Shown here one piece after another: positions 10,091-19,071 of a DNA stretch of 64,000 bases. The stretch covers positions 224,001 through 288,000 of the forward strand of contig CAWFJP010000003.1 of the NCBI GenBank assembly GCA_963816145.1, written 5' to 3'. Numbering within the stretch: the first letter of the stretch is position 1; each line of letters opens with the position of its first letter. A program made the position numbers and the translations under genes. Source of the stretch: an uncultured delta proteobacterium. GTDB taxonomy: Bacteria; Desulfobacterota; Binatia; UBA9968. The notes beneath the pieces are model-generated. The model ran no database searches and had not been told where the DNA came from. It saw only the letters and a program-made list of their open reading frames with translations.

Positions 10091-10708
10091 TTACGGCTCG
10101 AATGAATAGTTTTCACGGCAGTCAATTTTAGCCTGTTGGCAAAAAAACTCGCGTACCGCCGGTTCGTACATGAACTGATCGTAGTGATAATAGGGCCCGT
10201 AGCTGGCCCAGATTTCCTTGCCGGGCTCGATGTCCCGGAGGGCGACGAAAATCACATATGGATAATTGCACAGCTGGCGCAGCGCGGCATTTTGAAAGCC
10301 AGTTTCGACACCGTTGATTGTTTTCGGCGCGAAATTGATCCGGCTCACATGGGCGCCGAAATATTTGGAGTCAAGATATTTATACGGCTTGGTTTCCTCC
10401 CAAGCGCATTCGGGGATGGACGCCAGATAATAATTGCCCGGCGGATAATCCTCATCGGTGCGCAGTTGGCCGCCGAGCATACCGATGACATCGCCCTGCT
10501 TGATCGCCACGGCCGCGTATAAACCATTGCCGGCGCCGGGAATCAGGGACGGCTTGATCACCGTGCGCTTGTCCAAATCCTCGTCGATTTTCAGAACCGG
10601 CACCAACCGGGGCGGCTTTTCCTCTTCGGCTCCCCGTACGACCTCAACGGTTGCGATCCATATCAACATCAGCGAGCAAAGGCGCGCTATAAATTTCTTC
10701 ATGTACAC
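10091..10708 (-). CDS. SET-domain protein with predicted Sec signal peptide (paralog of 8625-9233)
   Basis: KPSLIPGAGNGLYA, SRINF, FVALRDIEPGKEIWASYG; N-terminus MKKFIARLCSLMLIWIATVEVVRGA. Confidence 0.8.
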   Translation of the reverse strand: MYMKKFIARLCSLMLIWIATVEVVRGAEEEKPPRLVPVLKIDEDLDKRTVIKPSLIPGAGNGLYAAVAIKQGDVIGMLGGQLRTDEDYPPGNYYLASIPECAWEETKPYKYLDSKYFGAHVSRINFAPKTINGVETGFQNAALRQLCNYPYVIFVALRDIEPGKEIWASYGPYYHYDQFMYEPAVREFFCQQAKIDCRENYSFEP

Positions 10709-10834
10709 GGCAAACTTCTCTTGCTGAACTCTCTAGGAATCATGCCCGCAGAGCGATGTCAAATAATCCTGCGTTTGCACGTTGACAGTGGCGCCAAGGG
10801 CGCGCTAGAAGCTGGCAACAGCGGAGGTAATCTT

Positions 10835-11908
10835 ATGCCAACCATCGATTCCGATGCCCATGTGGTCGAGAGCGAGCGCACCTGGGACTACATGGAGAAG
10901 GCCGATCAGAAGTACCGTCCGGTGATCGTCAAGCCGCGCAGCGGCAGCAACGCCGAGTACTGGTTTATCGACGGCAAGATCCGCGGCCTGGTGCGGGTCA
11001 TCATGACCGCCAAGGAGATGGCAGAGGTCGCGCAGCGCACTGGCCGGGTCATGGGCACGCCGCAGGAAACCCGCGAGATGGAAAACGTCCCGGCGCGGCT
11101 CAAGCATATGGACGAACTCGGTATCGATGTTCAAGTCCTCTACCCGACGATGTTCATCGAACAGATCACCGAAAAGCCCGCCTGGGAGGTCGCCATCTGC
11201 CGCGGTTACAATCGCTGGCTCGCCGATATTTATCAACAGGGGCGAGGGCGGCTGCGCTGGATCTGCGTCCTGCCGCTACTCGACATGAGCGCGTCGCTGG
11301 AGGATCTCAAGTTTTGCCAACAGAACGGCGCCGTCGGTGTCTTCATGCGCGGCATCGAAGGCAGCCGTATGATCACCGACCCATATTTTTATCCGCTCTA
11401 CGACGCCATGAGCCGGCTCGACATGGCGGTGGGGGTACATGTCGGCAACGGCAGCCCGCAAAATGCCGACATGGTGTCGCAGTACAACGGCGGCGGCAGC
11501 TTTTGGAAATTTCGTATTCCGGTGATCGGCGCATTCCATTCGATCATCATGGGCGAGATTCCGCACCAGTTTTCCAAGCTGCGTTTTCATTGGGCCGAGG
11601 CGGCCGCCAACTGGGTACCCTATGTGGTGAAAGATTTGCAGCGGCGCTGGGCAACGCAGAATAAAGATTTACCGGACAACCCGCTGAAAGAATTCCGCCA
11701 ATATGTTTCTTGTCAAACCGACGACGATATCGACTACGTGATCAAATACTCGGGAGAGGACAACCTCACGATCGGCACGGACTATGGCCACAACGATCAA
11801 TCCACTGAGGTCGAAGCGCTAGGCAATTTGAAGAAGACCGGTAGGATCAGCGATGGCCAGTACGACAAGATCTGTTATTACAATCCCAAGGCGCTGTTTG
11901 CCCTGTAG
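10835..11908 (+). CDS. Amidohydrolase family protein (ACMSD/LigW-like)
   Basis: IDSDAHVVE, RLKHMDELGIDVQVLYPT, YNRWLAD, GTDYGHND; GGAGG RBS before ATG 10835. Confidence 0.88.
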   Translation: MPTIDSDAHVVESERTWDYMEKADQKYRPVIVKPRSGSNAEYWFIDGKIRGLVRVIMTAKEMAEVAQRTGRVMGTPQETREMENVPARLKHMDELGIDVQVLYPTMFIEQITEKPAWEVAICRGYNRWLADIYQQGRGRLRWICVLPLLDMSASLEDLKFCQQNGAVGVFMRGIEGSRMITDPYFYPLYDAMSRLDMAVGVHVGNGSPQNADMVSQYNGGGSFWKFRIPVIGAFHSIIMGEIPHQFSKLRFHWAEAAANWVPYVVKDLQRRWATQNKDLPDNPLKEFRQYVSCQTDDDIDYVIKYSGEDNLTIGTDYGHNDQSTEVEALGNLKKTGRISDGQYDKICYYNPKALFAL

Positions 11909-12072
11909 TTCGAAGTTCTGCGAAACGATCGCGAAGCGCGAATCTATCGGCACGAAGTTATAGGTTATCTGGATTGGAGCTCCTGAGGTTCAGCGAGTGG
12001 CGCGGCCGTGCGGACCGGGGCATGCACCCCTTCGGCGCGAAAGGTCGCTGGCCCTAAGCGGCTGAAAGCCGC

Positions 12073-12267
12073 CTATTCAGCCTTGAGCAAGTCGGCTGGG
12101 TCGGAATCGGGAGAAGGGATCGTGTTGGGTTGTTGGGGGTTCACGATGGGGCGTCGTCGTTGCTGATTCTCCTGCACCTTCATGGCGTTCAACCGTTCGC
12201 GAAACCAGGTCTTCTCCGGCCACTGCCAGTTTTGCCCGCCTTGAGACATATTGTTTGGCTGTTTCAT
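12073..12267 (-). CDS. Small Q/N/P-rich hypothetical protein, 64 aa
   Basis: MKQPNNMSQGGQNWQWPEKTWFRERL...; AGGA RBS; hairpin GCGGCT-GAA-AGCCGC directly after the stop (12058-12072). Confidence 0.5.
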   Translation of the reverse strand: MKQPNNMSQGGQNWQWPEKTWFRERLNAMKVQENQQRRRPIVNPQQPNTIPSPDSDPADLLKAE

Positions 12268-12443
12268 GGCAATCCTGTTCGTCTTGGTGAGCAATCGATA
12301 GACCAGCCGCAAGCCAATACGTCGGAAGTAATTGCGGGAACCTTGATGCCACTAATGTGACGAGTGGCCCAGACATGGCGCGCAGTTTTGGCGCCTCGGG
12401 CCGGCTTGATTTACAATTCTGTTATCGCTCTGGACAAGTGCGA

Positions 12444-13631
12444 CTACTTCGAGAGAAGCTTTACCCGCTGGCCGGCTCGCAACTGTTGCAACGGGTAGCG
12501 GGTCCCGCGCCAATCGATGCCGCCCTGGGCGAGGCATTTCCAGGCCGCATGAACCATCATGGCGCCGATCATCAGGAGCCCCAACGGGGCAAATAGCAGA
12601 CTGAAGCGGCTGCGCCAGCCTTGGGTGGCGGCGCACAAGCTGAACGACCAATGCAGCGCCAGCGCGCTAAGTCCAGCGCTAGACAAAAGTCCGCGGCTTT
12701 CGCTCAGACCGACAAACAGAGCAAGAGCCGGCGCCGCCGCCAAGGCAGTGAGGCCCAAGGTATCAATAGCCGTTAGCCACCAGCGATAATTGGCGGTCGA
12801 GCCAAAGAGATTTTTCTCGAGACCTTTGAACATCGCCGCAACCGAGGGGTACCACACCACGGTTAAATGTTGCTGCGCGAAGGCAAAAAAAGACCGCCCG
12901 CCGGCGCGTTTGACCATCAGTCCCAAACCAACATCATCGCAGGGCTCAAGACGCAGCCATGGGAAGCCAGGCGTGCGCTGGAATGCCGCGCGGCGCACGA
13001 GGTTGAATGCCCCGACACCGGCAAACGCACGGCTGCTCGGCCGATTGATCCCCACAGCTCTGGTGCCAAGCAGAAACAGCAACATGAACGTGTGCACGAC
13101 GATATCGAGCAGGAAACTCTGCTGCACCGCCAATGGCGCCAGCGCCAGATGGTCGATTCGGTTAGCGGCGGCCCAACCCACCGCCCGACTGAGCGTCCCA
13201 GGAGCGAAGTGGACATCAGCATCGGTGAACAGCAGCCAATCGCCTTTGGTAATTTCGAATCCGCGGTGGAGAGCGTGGACCTTACCCAACCAGCCCTTGG
13301 GCAAGGTTCTCACATGCAAGGCGCGAAGGCGCGGCTCGCGCGCTGCCAGGCGATCGATGATCTCTCCCGTCCCGTCGGTGGAGCGGTCGTCGACCAGGAC
13401 GATTTCGAAGTTGGCATAGTCTTGCTGAAGCAGCGACTCGACTGCGGCCTCGATATTTGCCGCCTCGTTGCAAGCTGGGATGACTATGCTGAGCAAAGGC
13501 CGATCTTTAGGTTCGCTGAATTGCAGCCGATGCAATTGGGGCACGTGAAACGTGGCCCTGAATAGATAAAGAAATCCTAGGGCCCAAAATCCGCAGAGAG
13601 CGATCAGCGTGGCCTCGTATACCGATGTCAT
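12444..13631 (-). CDS. Membrane glycosyltransferase family 2 (HpnB/CrtQ-like)
   Basis: SIVIPACNE, VDDRSTDGT, LPKGWLGKVHAL, LFTDAD, DDVGLG, C-terminal WRG and hydrophobic helices. Confidence 0.88.
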   Translation of the reverse strand: MTSVYEATLIALCGFWALGFLYLFRATFHVPQLHRLQFSEPKDRPLLSIVIPACNEAANIEAAVESLLQQDYANFEIVLVDDRSTDGTGEIIDRLAAREPRLRALHVRTLPKGWLGKVHALHRGFEITKGDWLLFTDADVHFAPGTLSRAVGWAAANRIDHLALAPLAVQQSFLLDIVVHTFMLLFLLGTRAVGINRPSSRAFAGVGAFNLVRRAAFQRTPGFPWLRLEPCDDVGLGLMVKRAGGRSFFAFAQQHLTVVWYPSVAAMFKGLEKNLFGSTANYRWWLTAIDTLGLTALAAAPALALFVGLSESRGLLSSAGLSALALHWSFSLCAATQGWRSRFSLLFAPLGLLMIGAMMVHAAWKCLAQGGIDWRGTRYPLQQLRAGQRVKLLSK

Positions 13632-13691
13632 GGATGAATGTCCCACTCAGGGGTGGTTGAAATCAGTCGCCTTCAGGCAATGAGAAGATTT

Positions 13692-13821
13692 GTCATTCCG
13701 GCGCTATCGTCACCCCGGTGAAAACCGGGGTCCATCCCCCCTCCCCAGAATCTAGATACCGTTTTTCAACGGTATGACGGACGCTGTCCGTCACCTGGAT
13801 TCCGGCCTCCGCCGGAATGAC
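13692..13821. repeat. Nested GTCAT...ATGAC REP cluster
   Basis: Outer gtcattccggcg ... ctggattccggcctccgccggaatgac encloses inner cgtcaccccggtgaaaaccggggtcca ... gataccgtttttcaacggtatgacg. Confidence 0.8.
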
Positions 13822-13857
13822 GAAAGGAAGATTCGACTTCCAGTCGACGATTGAAGA

Positions 13858-13882
13858 GCCCCTCGGCTTAAAGCCGAGGGGC
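13858..13882. repeat. Perfect hairpin resembling an IS200/IS605 end palindrome
   Basis: GCCCCTCGGCTT-A-AAGCCGAGGGGC. Confidence 0.5.
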
Positions 13883-13916
13883 ATAAGTCGCGCGAAGTTG
13901 CCAAGCGGCGCACGGT

Positions 13917-14546
13917 CTACGCGAACTCACGCCAATTGAGAAAATTCTTGGCAGCGTATAGAGCGTCGACATCCACCGGCAGTTCGATGTGACGACGGTG
14001 CAAGTAGTCGGCGATGGGACGCAGGGGCATACCCACCGCGGCGAGGAAATCGCCGTCGATGGCCGCGATGAGCTTACTCCCCTCCCCTTGGATCGAATAA
14101 GCGCCGGCTTTGTCCAACGATTCATTATAGGCAAGATAACCGTCGATGGCATTATCGTCGTAGCAATGCATCTCGACGGACACTTTGGCCATCATTTGCA
14201 CACCGTCGCCGCCACCGCCGTCAAGAATCGCGACACTGGTGTAGATCACATGAGTCTGGCCCGACAGGAGGCGCAAAATCCGCTTGGCATCGCTGCCGTC
14301 CGCGGGCTTGCCGATCTTGGCGCCGTCGAGAAAGATCATCGTATCGCTGCCGATGACGAGAGCCTCGGGATGATGACGCGCGACCGAACCCGCTTTGCCG
14401 ACGGCAAAGGCGAGAACTTCATCTTCAATGCTCAGTTGTGGAGAAATGGTCTCGGTGAAATCGGGAGCGATAACCTCGAAGGGCAAACCTAACAACGCCA
14501 GAATCTCCCGGCGTCGGGGTGATGTGGATGCGAGAATCAAGCGCAT
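13917..14546 (-). CDS. maf: Maf family nucleoside triphosphate pyrophosphatase
   Basis: LILASTSPRRREIL, VIGSDT, GKP, DKAGAYSIQG. Confidence 0.93.
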   Translation of the reverse strand: MRLILASTSPRRREILALLGLPFEVIAPDFTETISPQLSIEDEVLAFAVGKAGSVARHHPEALVIGSDTMIFLDGAKIGKPADGSDAKRILRLLSGQTHVIYTSVAILDGGGGDGVQMMAKVSVEMHCYDDNAIDGYLAYNESLDKAGAYSIQGEGSKLIAAIDGDFLAAVGMPLRPIADYLHRRHIELPVDVDALYAAKNFLNWREFA

Positions 14547-14563
14547 GAAAAGTCAAAAAGAAA

Positions 14564-15727
14564 TCACGGCACAGACACCGGCGTTTGTGCTGCTTGCCGC
14601 GCGACCGGCGGCGCACCAGCCTGCGCTTCGCGCCAGTCTTGGTAATCGCGCAAACATTGGATAACATCGCCGGTGCCATTGACGCGCACCATTTTTGTGC
14701 GCAACTCCGCGGCGCCGCGAAAATCCCGGCAGTACCAGATCAAGTGTTTGCGCATGCCGACAAAGTTGCGCTCCTGCACGTAGGTTTCAAAATGATGCGA
14801 GTGCTCGACGATGACGCGAAACCGCTCGGCTAAACTGATCGGTTCGGCGGCCACCGGCGGCACGGAATCGCGCAACGCCTGTTTCAGCTGCTCCTTGGCC
14901 TTGAAGATCCACGGATTTCCCTCGGCAGCACGGCCGAGCAAAACACCGTCAACACCGAATTGGCGGACGCGCCGGTAAACATCGGCCATGTGGCGCAGGT
15001 CGCCATTGCCAAGAATCAACGTTGGCGTCGCCTTGGCGGTCTCGACCGCGCGCGCGATCGCATCCCAATCGGCGTCGCCCTTGTAGCCCTGCTTGAGAGT
15101 TCGGCCATGGACGGAAATCGCCACCGGCTTTGCTTCGAGCAAGTTGGCGATCCAGTCGTCAATGACGACCTGGTCATAGCCGATACGGGTTTTCACCGAC
15201 AATGGTATCGGCCGGCGCACCGGCGGCGTCTCCCAACCGCTGCGCAGTTGGTTCGAGCTTTTGACCGTCTCGCGAAGTTTCTGGCGCAAGCCCAGATTAT
15301 CCAGGGTCTGGCCGGCCACCCAATCGTCAATGCCTTGTCTCGTCTGTTGGATAATCTCCCGGGCCAGTTCCGGCGTGCGAATCAGCGCCGCGCCGCTGCC
15401 CGAGGCGGCGACATTTTTCGCCGGACAGCCCATATTGATATCCAGCCCGTCGAACCCCAGCTCGCAGACCACATGGGCTGCTTGGTAGAAGAGTTCCGGC
15501 TTGTTGCCATAGATCTGCGCGATGATCGGCCGTTCGATCTCGGAGTAGGTAAAGTCACGGATCAACGTGTGCGGCGCATGAATCGCTGCATCGACATTGG
15601 TAAACTCGGTGAGCGTAATATCCGGCCCGCCATGCCGGGCGACGATCCAGCGAAACGAAGCATCGGTGACGCCATCCATCGGCGCCAAGCCAATGATCGG
15701 CTTGGGTATGTCATGCCAAAAACTCAT
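14564..15727 (-). CDS. dus: tRNA-dihydrouridine synthase
   Basis: LAPMDGVTD, DINMGCP, SVKTRIG, VHGRT, GNGD, GRAAEGNPWIF, MRKH. Confidence 0.92.
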   Translation of the reverse strand: MSFWHDIPKPIIGLAPMDGVTDASFRWIVARHGGPDITLTEFTNVDAAIHAPHTLIRDFTYSEIERPIIAQIYGNKPELFYQAAHVVCELGFDGLDINMGCPAKNVAASGSGAALIRTPELAREIIQQTRQGIDDWVAGQTLDNLGLRQKLRETVKSSNQLRSGWETPPVRRPIPLSVKTRIGYDQVVIDDWIANLLEAKPVAISVHGRTLKQGYKGDADWDAIARAVETAKATPTLILGNGDLRHMADVYRRVRQFGVDGVLLGRAAEGNPWIFKAKEQLKQALRDSVPPVAAEPISLAERFRVIVEHSHHFETYVQERNFVGMRKHLIWYCRDFRGAAELRTKMVRVNGTGDVIQCLRDYQDWREAQAGAPPVARQAAQTPVSVP

Positions 15728-15810
15728 GATCGTAAGATCAGCTAGTTTGACATCGGCGCAACGCAAAATCTACTGATGTGGCGGAGCGTCTTAAGATCGG
15801 AACGACGCTG

Positions 15811-16107
15811 CACCACAGAGGGCACAGAGCACACAGAGAATATAGTTTGTTCAAACCCTCTGTGAACTCTGTGTGCTCCTTTCAAAATACCTGTGCAGGT
15901 ATGATCTGGGCGACCACATGGCGCGAAGGTTCCGTCATACCGGCGAAAGCCGGTATTCCATCCCCCTCCCTCCCTTGGATGCCCGCCCCGGATCGAGTCC
16001 GGGGCAGGCTCTGCGCCGGAATGACGGATCAATGAACGAACCGGTGGGGGGGGCTGGGCAATTTCATACTCTGTAGACGAGCGTAAGCTCACGAACACTC
16101 TGTGGTG
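15811..16107. repeat. Periodic REP-like palindrome (CACCACAGAG...CTCTGTGGTG) interrupted by MITE copy 1
   Basis: Left arm caccacagagggcacagagcacacagag; right arm ctctgtgaactctgtgtgCT[insert]CTctgtggtg. Confidence 0.8.
15878..16097 (+). mobile_element. Non-autonomous CT-flanked REP-targeting element (MITE), copy 1, 220 bp
   Basis: Ends CCTTTCAAAATAC...TGTAGACGAGCGTAAGCTCACGAACA; CT at 15876-15877 and 16098-16099; homologous to 18753-18945 and 50647-50859. Confidence 0.75.
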
Positions 16108-16128
16108 AAAATCCGATCTTAATCGACG

Positions 16129-16410
16129 TTACTGGCGCTGCTTCAAAACATCCTCGAGCTTCTTACGGTCGTCGTCGAGGATTTTTTCCTGCGATCGTTT
16201 GGTTGGCTCTGTGTTTTTACCGGCTTTCTCCAGCTTGCGAGTGGCGCCCGGCACCTTGTGCTCCTTGTCCGAGTCTTTGGAAAACATCCTGGTGATGTCG
16301 TCCCAATACAGCCAGGTGACGAATGCGAGAAACCAGACAATCAGCGGAACGAAAATATAAATGAGCAGGGTTTTGAGCCAACTGCGTTTGGGTGGTTTTT
16401 TTCGCGCCAT
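16129..16410 (-). CDS. Small single-pass membrane protein
   Basis: Basic N-terminus, hydrophobic LLIYIFVPLIVWFLAFVTWLYW, charged tail. Confidence 0.7.
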   Translation of the reverse strand: MARKKPPKRSWLKTLLIYIFVPLIVWFLAFVTWLYWDDITRMFSKDSDKEHKVPGATRKLEKAGKNTEPTKRSQEKILDDDRKKLEDVLKQRQ

Positions 16411-16521
16411 GTTGAACGTGCCGACGCCGGCCCACACCGTCCGGTGCTGAAAAGCGAGCGGACCTAAGCGCCGCTCGGGTGGAGCACTGACGGTATGAAA
16501 AGGGTGTCCGCGATAACTCGA

Positions 16522-17472
16522 TCAGTACATCGGTTTGTGATCGAAATAGTGCGTTGCATCGATCACCCGAATGGTTTTGGTCTTGGAGCGCATGACCACG
16601 GATTGGGTGGTCGCGCCGCCGGCGAAGAAATGGACGCCGCGCAAATAATCGCCGTCAGTAACGCCGGTGGCGGAGAACATAACATCGCCGGCGGCCAACT
16701 CGTCGATATTGAATTTCTTCTTGATGTCGGTAACCCCCATTTTTTTCGCGCGTTCGATCTCTTCATTGTTGCGCGGCGCCAAGCGCCCCTGGAACTCGCC
16801 GCCGACACAACGCAGCGCCGCCGCCGCCAAGACCCCTTCGGGCGCGCCGCCGATGCCTATCAATAGATCAATGCCGGTTTCCGCCTTAGTGGTGGCGATG
16901 GCCGCGGCGACATCGCCGTCGCCGATCAAGCGAATTCGCGCGCCGGCTTTGCGCACTTCGGCAATGATCGCGTCGTGGCGCGGGCGGGCCAGGATAATCA
17001 CCATCAGATCGTCGACCTTGCAGCGCTTGGCTTCGGCCAAGGCGCGGAGATTTTCGGTCGGCGATTTGTCTAGATCGATGACCCCTTTGCCCGCCGGGCC
17101 GCAGGCGATCTTCGCCATGTAGGTATCGGGGCAGTGCAGGAGATTGCCGCCGTCGGCCATGGCGAGAACCGCTAGTGCATTGGGGCCGCCGGTGGCGCAG
17201 ATGGTCGTGCCTTCTAGGGGATCCAGTGCGATATCAACCTTGGGGCCGCCGGAGCCGACCTTTTCGCCGATGTAGAGCATGGGCGCTTCGTCGCGTTCGC
17301 CCTCGCCGATCACCACCGTGCCGTCGATGGCGAGCGCGTCGAAGGCTTTGCGCATGGCGTCGACCGCCGCTTGGTCCGCCGCCTTCTCATCACCGCAACC
17401 CGTCAGCCTCGCGCAATTAAGCGCCGCCGCTTCGGTCACACGCACTGCTTCGAGAGCTAAATTTCGGTCCAT
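16522..17472 (-). CDS. glpX: Class II fructose-1,6-bisphosphatase
   Basis: VRVTEAAAL, VVIGEGERDEAPMLYIGE, DPLEGT, GDGDV, GGAPEGV, ATGVTDG. Confidence 0.96.
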   Translation of the reverse strand: MDRNLALEAVRVTEAAALNCARLTGCGDEKAADQAAVDAMRKAFDALAIDGTVVIGEGERDEAPMLYIGEKVGSGGPKVDIALDPLEGTTICATGGPNALAVLAMADGGNLLHCPDTYMAKIACGPAGKGVIDLDKSPTENLRALAEAKRCKVDDLMVIILARPRHDAIIAEVRKAGARIRLIGDGDVAAAIATTKAETGIDLLIGIGGAPEGVLAAAALRCVGGEFQGRLAPRNNEEIERAKKMGVTDIKKKFNIDELAAGDVMFSATGVTDGDYLRGVHFFAGGATTQSVVMRSKTKTIRVIDATHYFDHKPMY

Positions 17473-18677
17473 GTCGGTCTCCCTTCGATCAACGATTCCA
17501 TCAGTCGATAAGCCTGTTCCGCAACTACGCCGGTCTTAAGTGCGTCTTTTTCATTGTAACCCAGGGCGCCGTTATCGCGCTCCTCTTGGGGCGAATACAA
17601 CACAAATGGCACCGGTTCGGAAACATGGGTCTTCAGTGCGCAGGCCGTCGGATGGTCGGGCATGAGCAAAATACGATAATCCCGGCGCTGCGCCATACCC
17701 TTCAACACCGTGCCGACAACTTTCTCATCGAAATCTTCCAGCGCCTGGATCTTCGCCTTGACGTCGCCCATGTGGCCGGCCTCGTCGGTAGCCTCGACGT
17801 GGATAAACACCAGATCGTTTTTCTCCAATGAGCGCACGCCGTATTCGCCCTTGCCGATAAAGTTAGTATCGAGAAAGCCGGTGATGCCGGGAACGTCGAT
17901 GCGCTCCAATCCAGCGTAGACACCTAAACCGTGAATGATATCGACGGCCGAAATTACCCCGCCTTTGATGCCGAAGCGCTCGGTCAGCGGTGGCAATTGC
18001 GGCGCCCGCCCCTGGCCCCACAGCCAGATCGTCGTCGCTTGGCGACGTCCTTCGGTTTTGCGCTTTAGGTTTACCGGATGCTGCGCCAGCGCCTTTTGCG
18101 ACGCTGCCATCAATTTGAGCAGGCGGTCTGCGCCCTCACCTTTAGGCATGTAACCGGCGGTCTTTTGATCGGTGATATCATGGGGTGGGGTAGTATCCAT
18201 TTTCTCCAGGCCGTCGCGCCAGACCATCAGGTGGCGGTAACTCACGCCGGGGAAAAATTCGATGCCATCGCCGCCCAGTTCACGGCCCAGGTCACGGATA
18301 ATTTCCGCCGCTTCTTCGGTCGAGATATGGCCGGAAGTAAAATCCTCCATGGTGGCATCCGTGCCGCTGCCGGCGACGGTGACCAGATTACAACGAAAGG
18401 CGATGTCTTTTGGCCCGAGAGCCACGCCCATGCTGGCGGCTTCCAAGGGCGAACGGCCGGTGTGATAGATCGCCGGATCGTAACCCATGATGCTCATGTT
18501 GCCGACATCGCTGCCGGGCGGAAAACCTTTGGGAATGACATGGGCGATGCCGTATACGCCATGTTGCGCCAGCCAGTCCATATTGGGCGTGCGCGCCGCT
18601 TCCAACGGTGTCCGGTTGCCGAGGGACTCGATCGGATAATCGGCCATGCCGTCGCCTTGAAGAATGATATATTTCAT
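17457..18677 (-). CDS. apgM: Cofactor-independent phosphoglycerate mutase (ApgM-type)
   Basis: GDGMAD, TPLEAARTPNMD, PGSDV, TGRSPLEAASMG, HVEATDEAGH, PDHPT; overlaps glpX by 16 nt. Confidence 0.9.
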   Translation of the reverse strand: MKYIILQGDGMADYPIESLGNRTPLEAARTPNMDWLAQHGVYGIAHVIPKGFPPGSDVGNMSIMGYDPAIYHTGRSPLEAASMGVALGPKDIAFRCNLVTVAGSGTDATMEDFTSGHISTEEAAEIIRDLGRELGGDGIEFFPGVSYRHLMVWRDGLEKMDTTPPHDITDQKTAGYMPKGEGADRLLKLMAASQKALAQHPVNLKRKTEGRRQATTIWLWGQGRAPQLPPLTERFGIKGGVISAVDIIHGLGVYAGLERIDVPGITGFLDTNFIGKGEYGVRSLEKNDLVFIHVEATDEAGHMGDVKAKIQALEDFDEKVVGTVLKGMAQRRDYRILLMPDHPTACALKTHVSEPVPFVLYSPQEERDNGALGYNEKDALKTGVVAEQAYRLMESLIEGRPTWTEI

Positions 18678-18742
18678 CGATCCAATCCGCCTTGATTTTT
18701 CTGGTACAAATGCTCGTTTCGGTTTTCCCCTGAGGAAGGTTT

Positions 18743-19024
18743 CACCACAGAGTGTTCATGAGCTTACGCTCGTCTACAGAGTATGAAATTGCCCGGCATC
18801 CATCCACAGGTACTTTCATTGATCCGTCATGCCGGCGGAGGCCGGCATCCATGGAAGGGAGGGGATGGATACCGGCTTTCGCCGGTATGACGGAACCTCC
18901 GCGCTGTCGTCTCCCGGTTCATACCTGTACATGTATTTTCGAAGGAGGCACAGAGTTCGCAGAGATCAGAGTAAATATTTTGATTAAACATTCTTTCCTC
19001 TGCGTCCTCAGCGCCTCTGCGGTG
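18743..19024. repeat. Periodic REP-like palindrome interrupted by MITE copy 2
   Basis: caccacagAG[insert]AGgcacagagttcgcagag ... ctctgcgtcctcagcgcctctgcggtg. Confidence 0.8.
18753..18945 (-). mobile_element. Non-autonomous CT-flanked REP-targeting element (MITE), copy 2, 193 bp
   Basis: Minus-strand ends CCTTCGAAAATAC...TGTAGACGAGCGTAAGCTCATGAACA; AG (CT on minus) at 18751-18752 and 18946-18947. Confidence 0.75.
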
Positions 19025-19071
19025 CAATCTCCGGATAGCGAATTCACAGTAAAGCCCCAATACCCCGATGC

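Noticed and set aside
15742-16098. ORFs 15742-16098 and 18752-19075 both start MF(V/M)SLRSSTEYEIA, like a small protein family
   Set aside because: The similarity comes from the non-coding MITE end; the frames diverge through indels and copy 3 lacks the ORF
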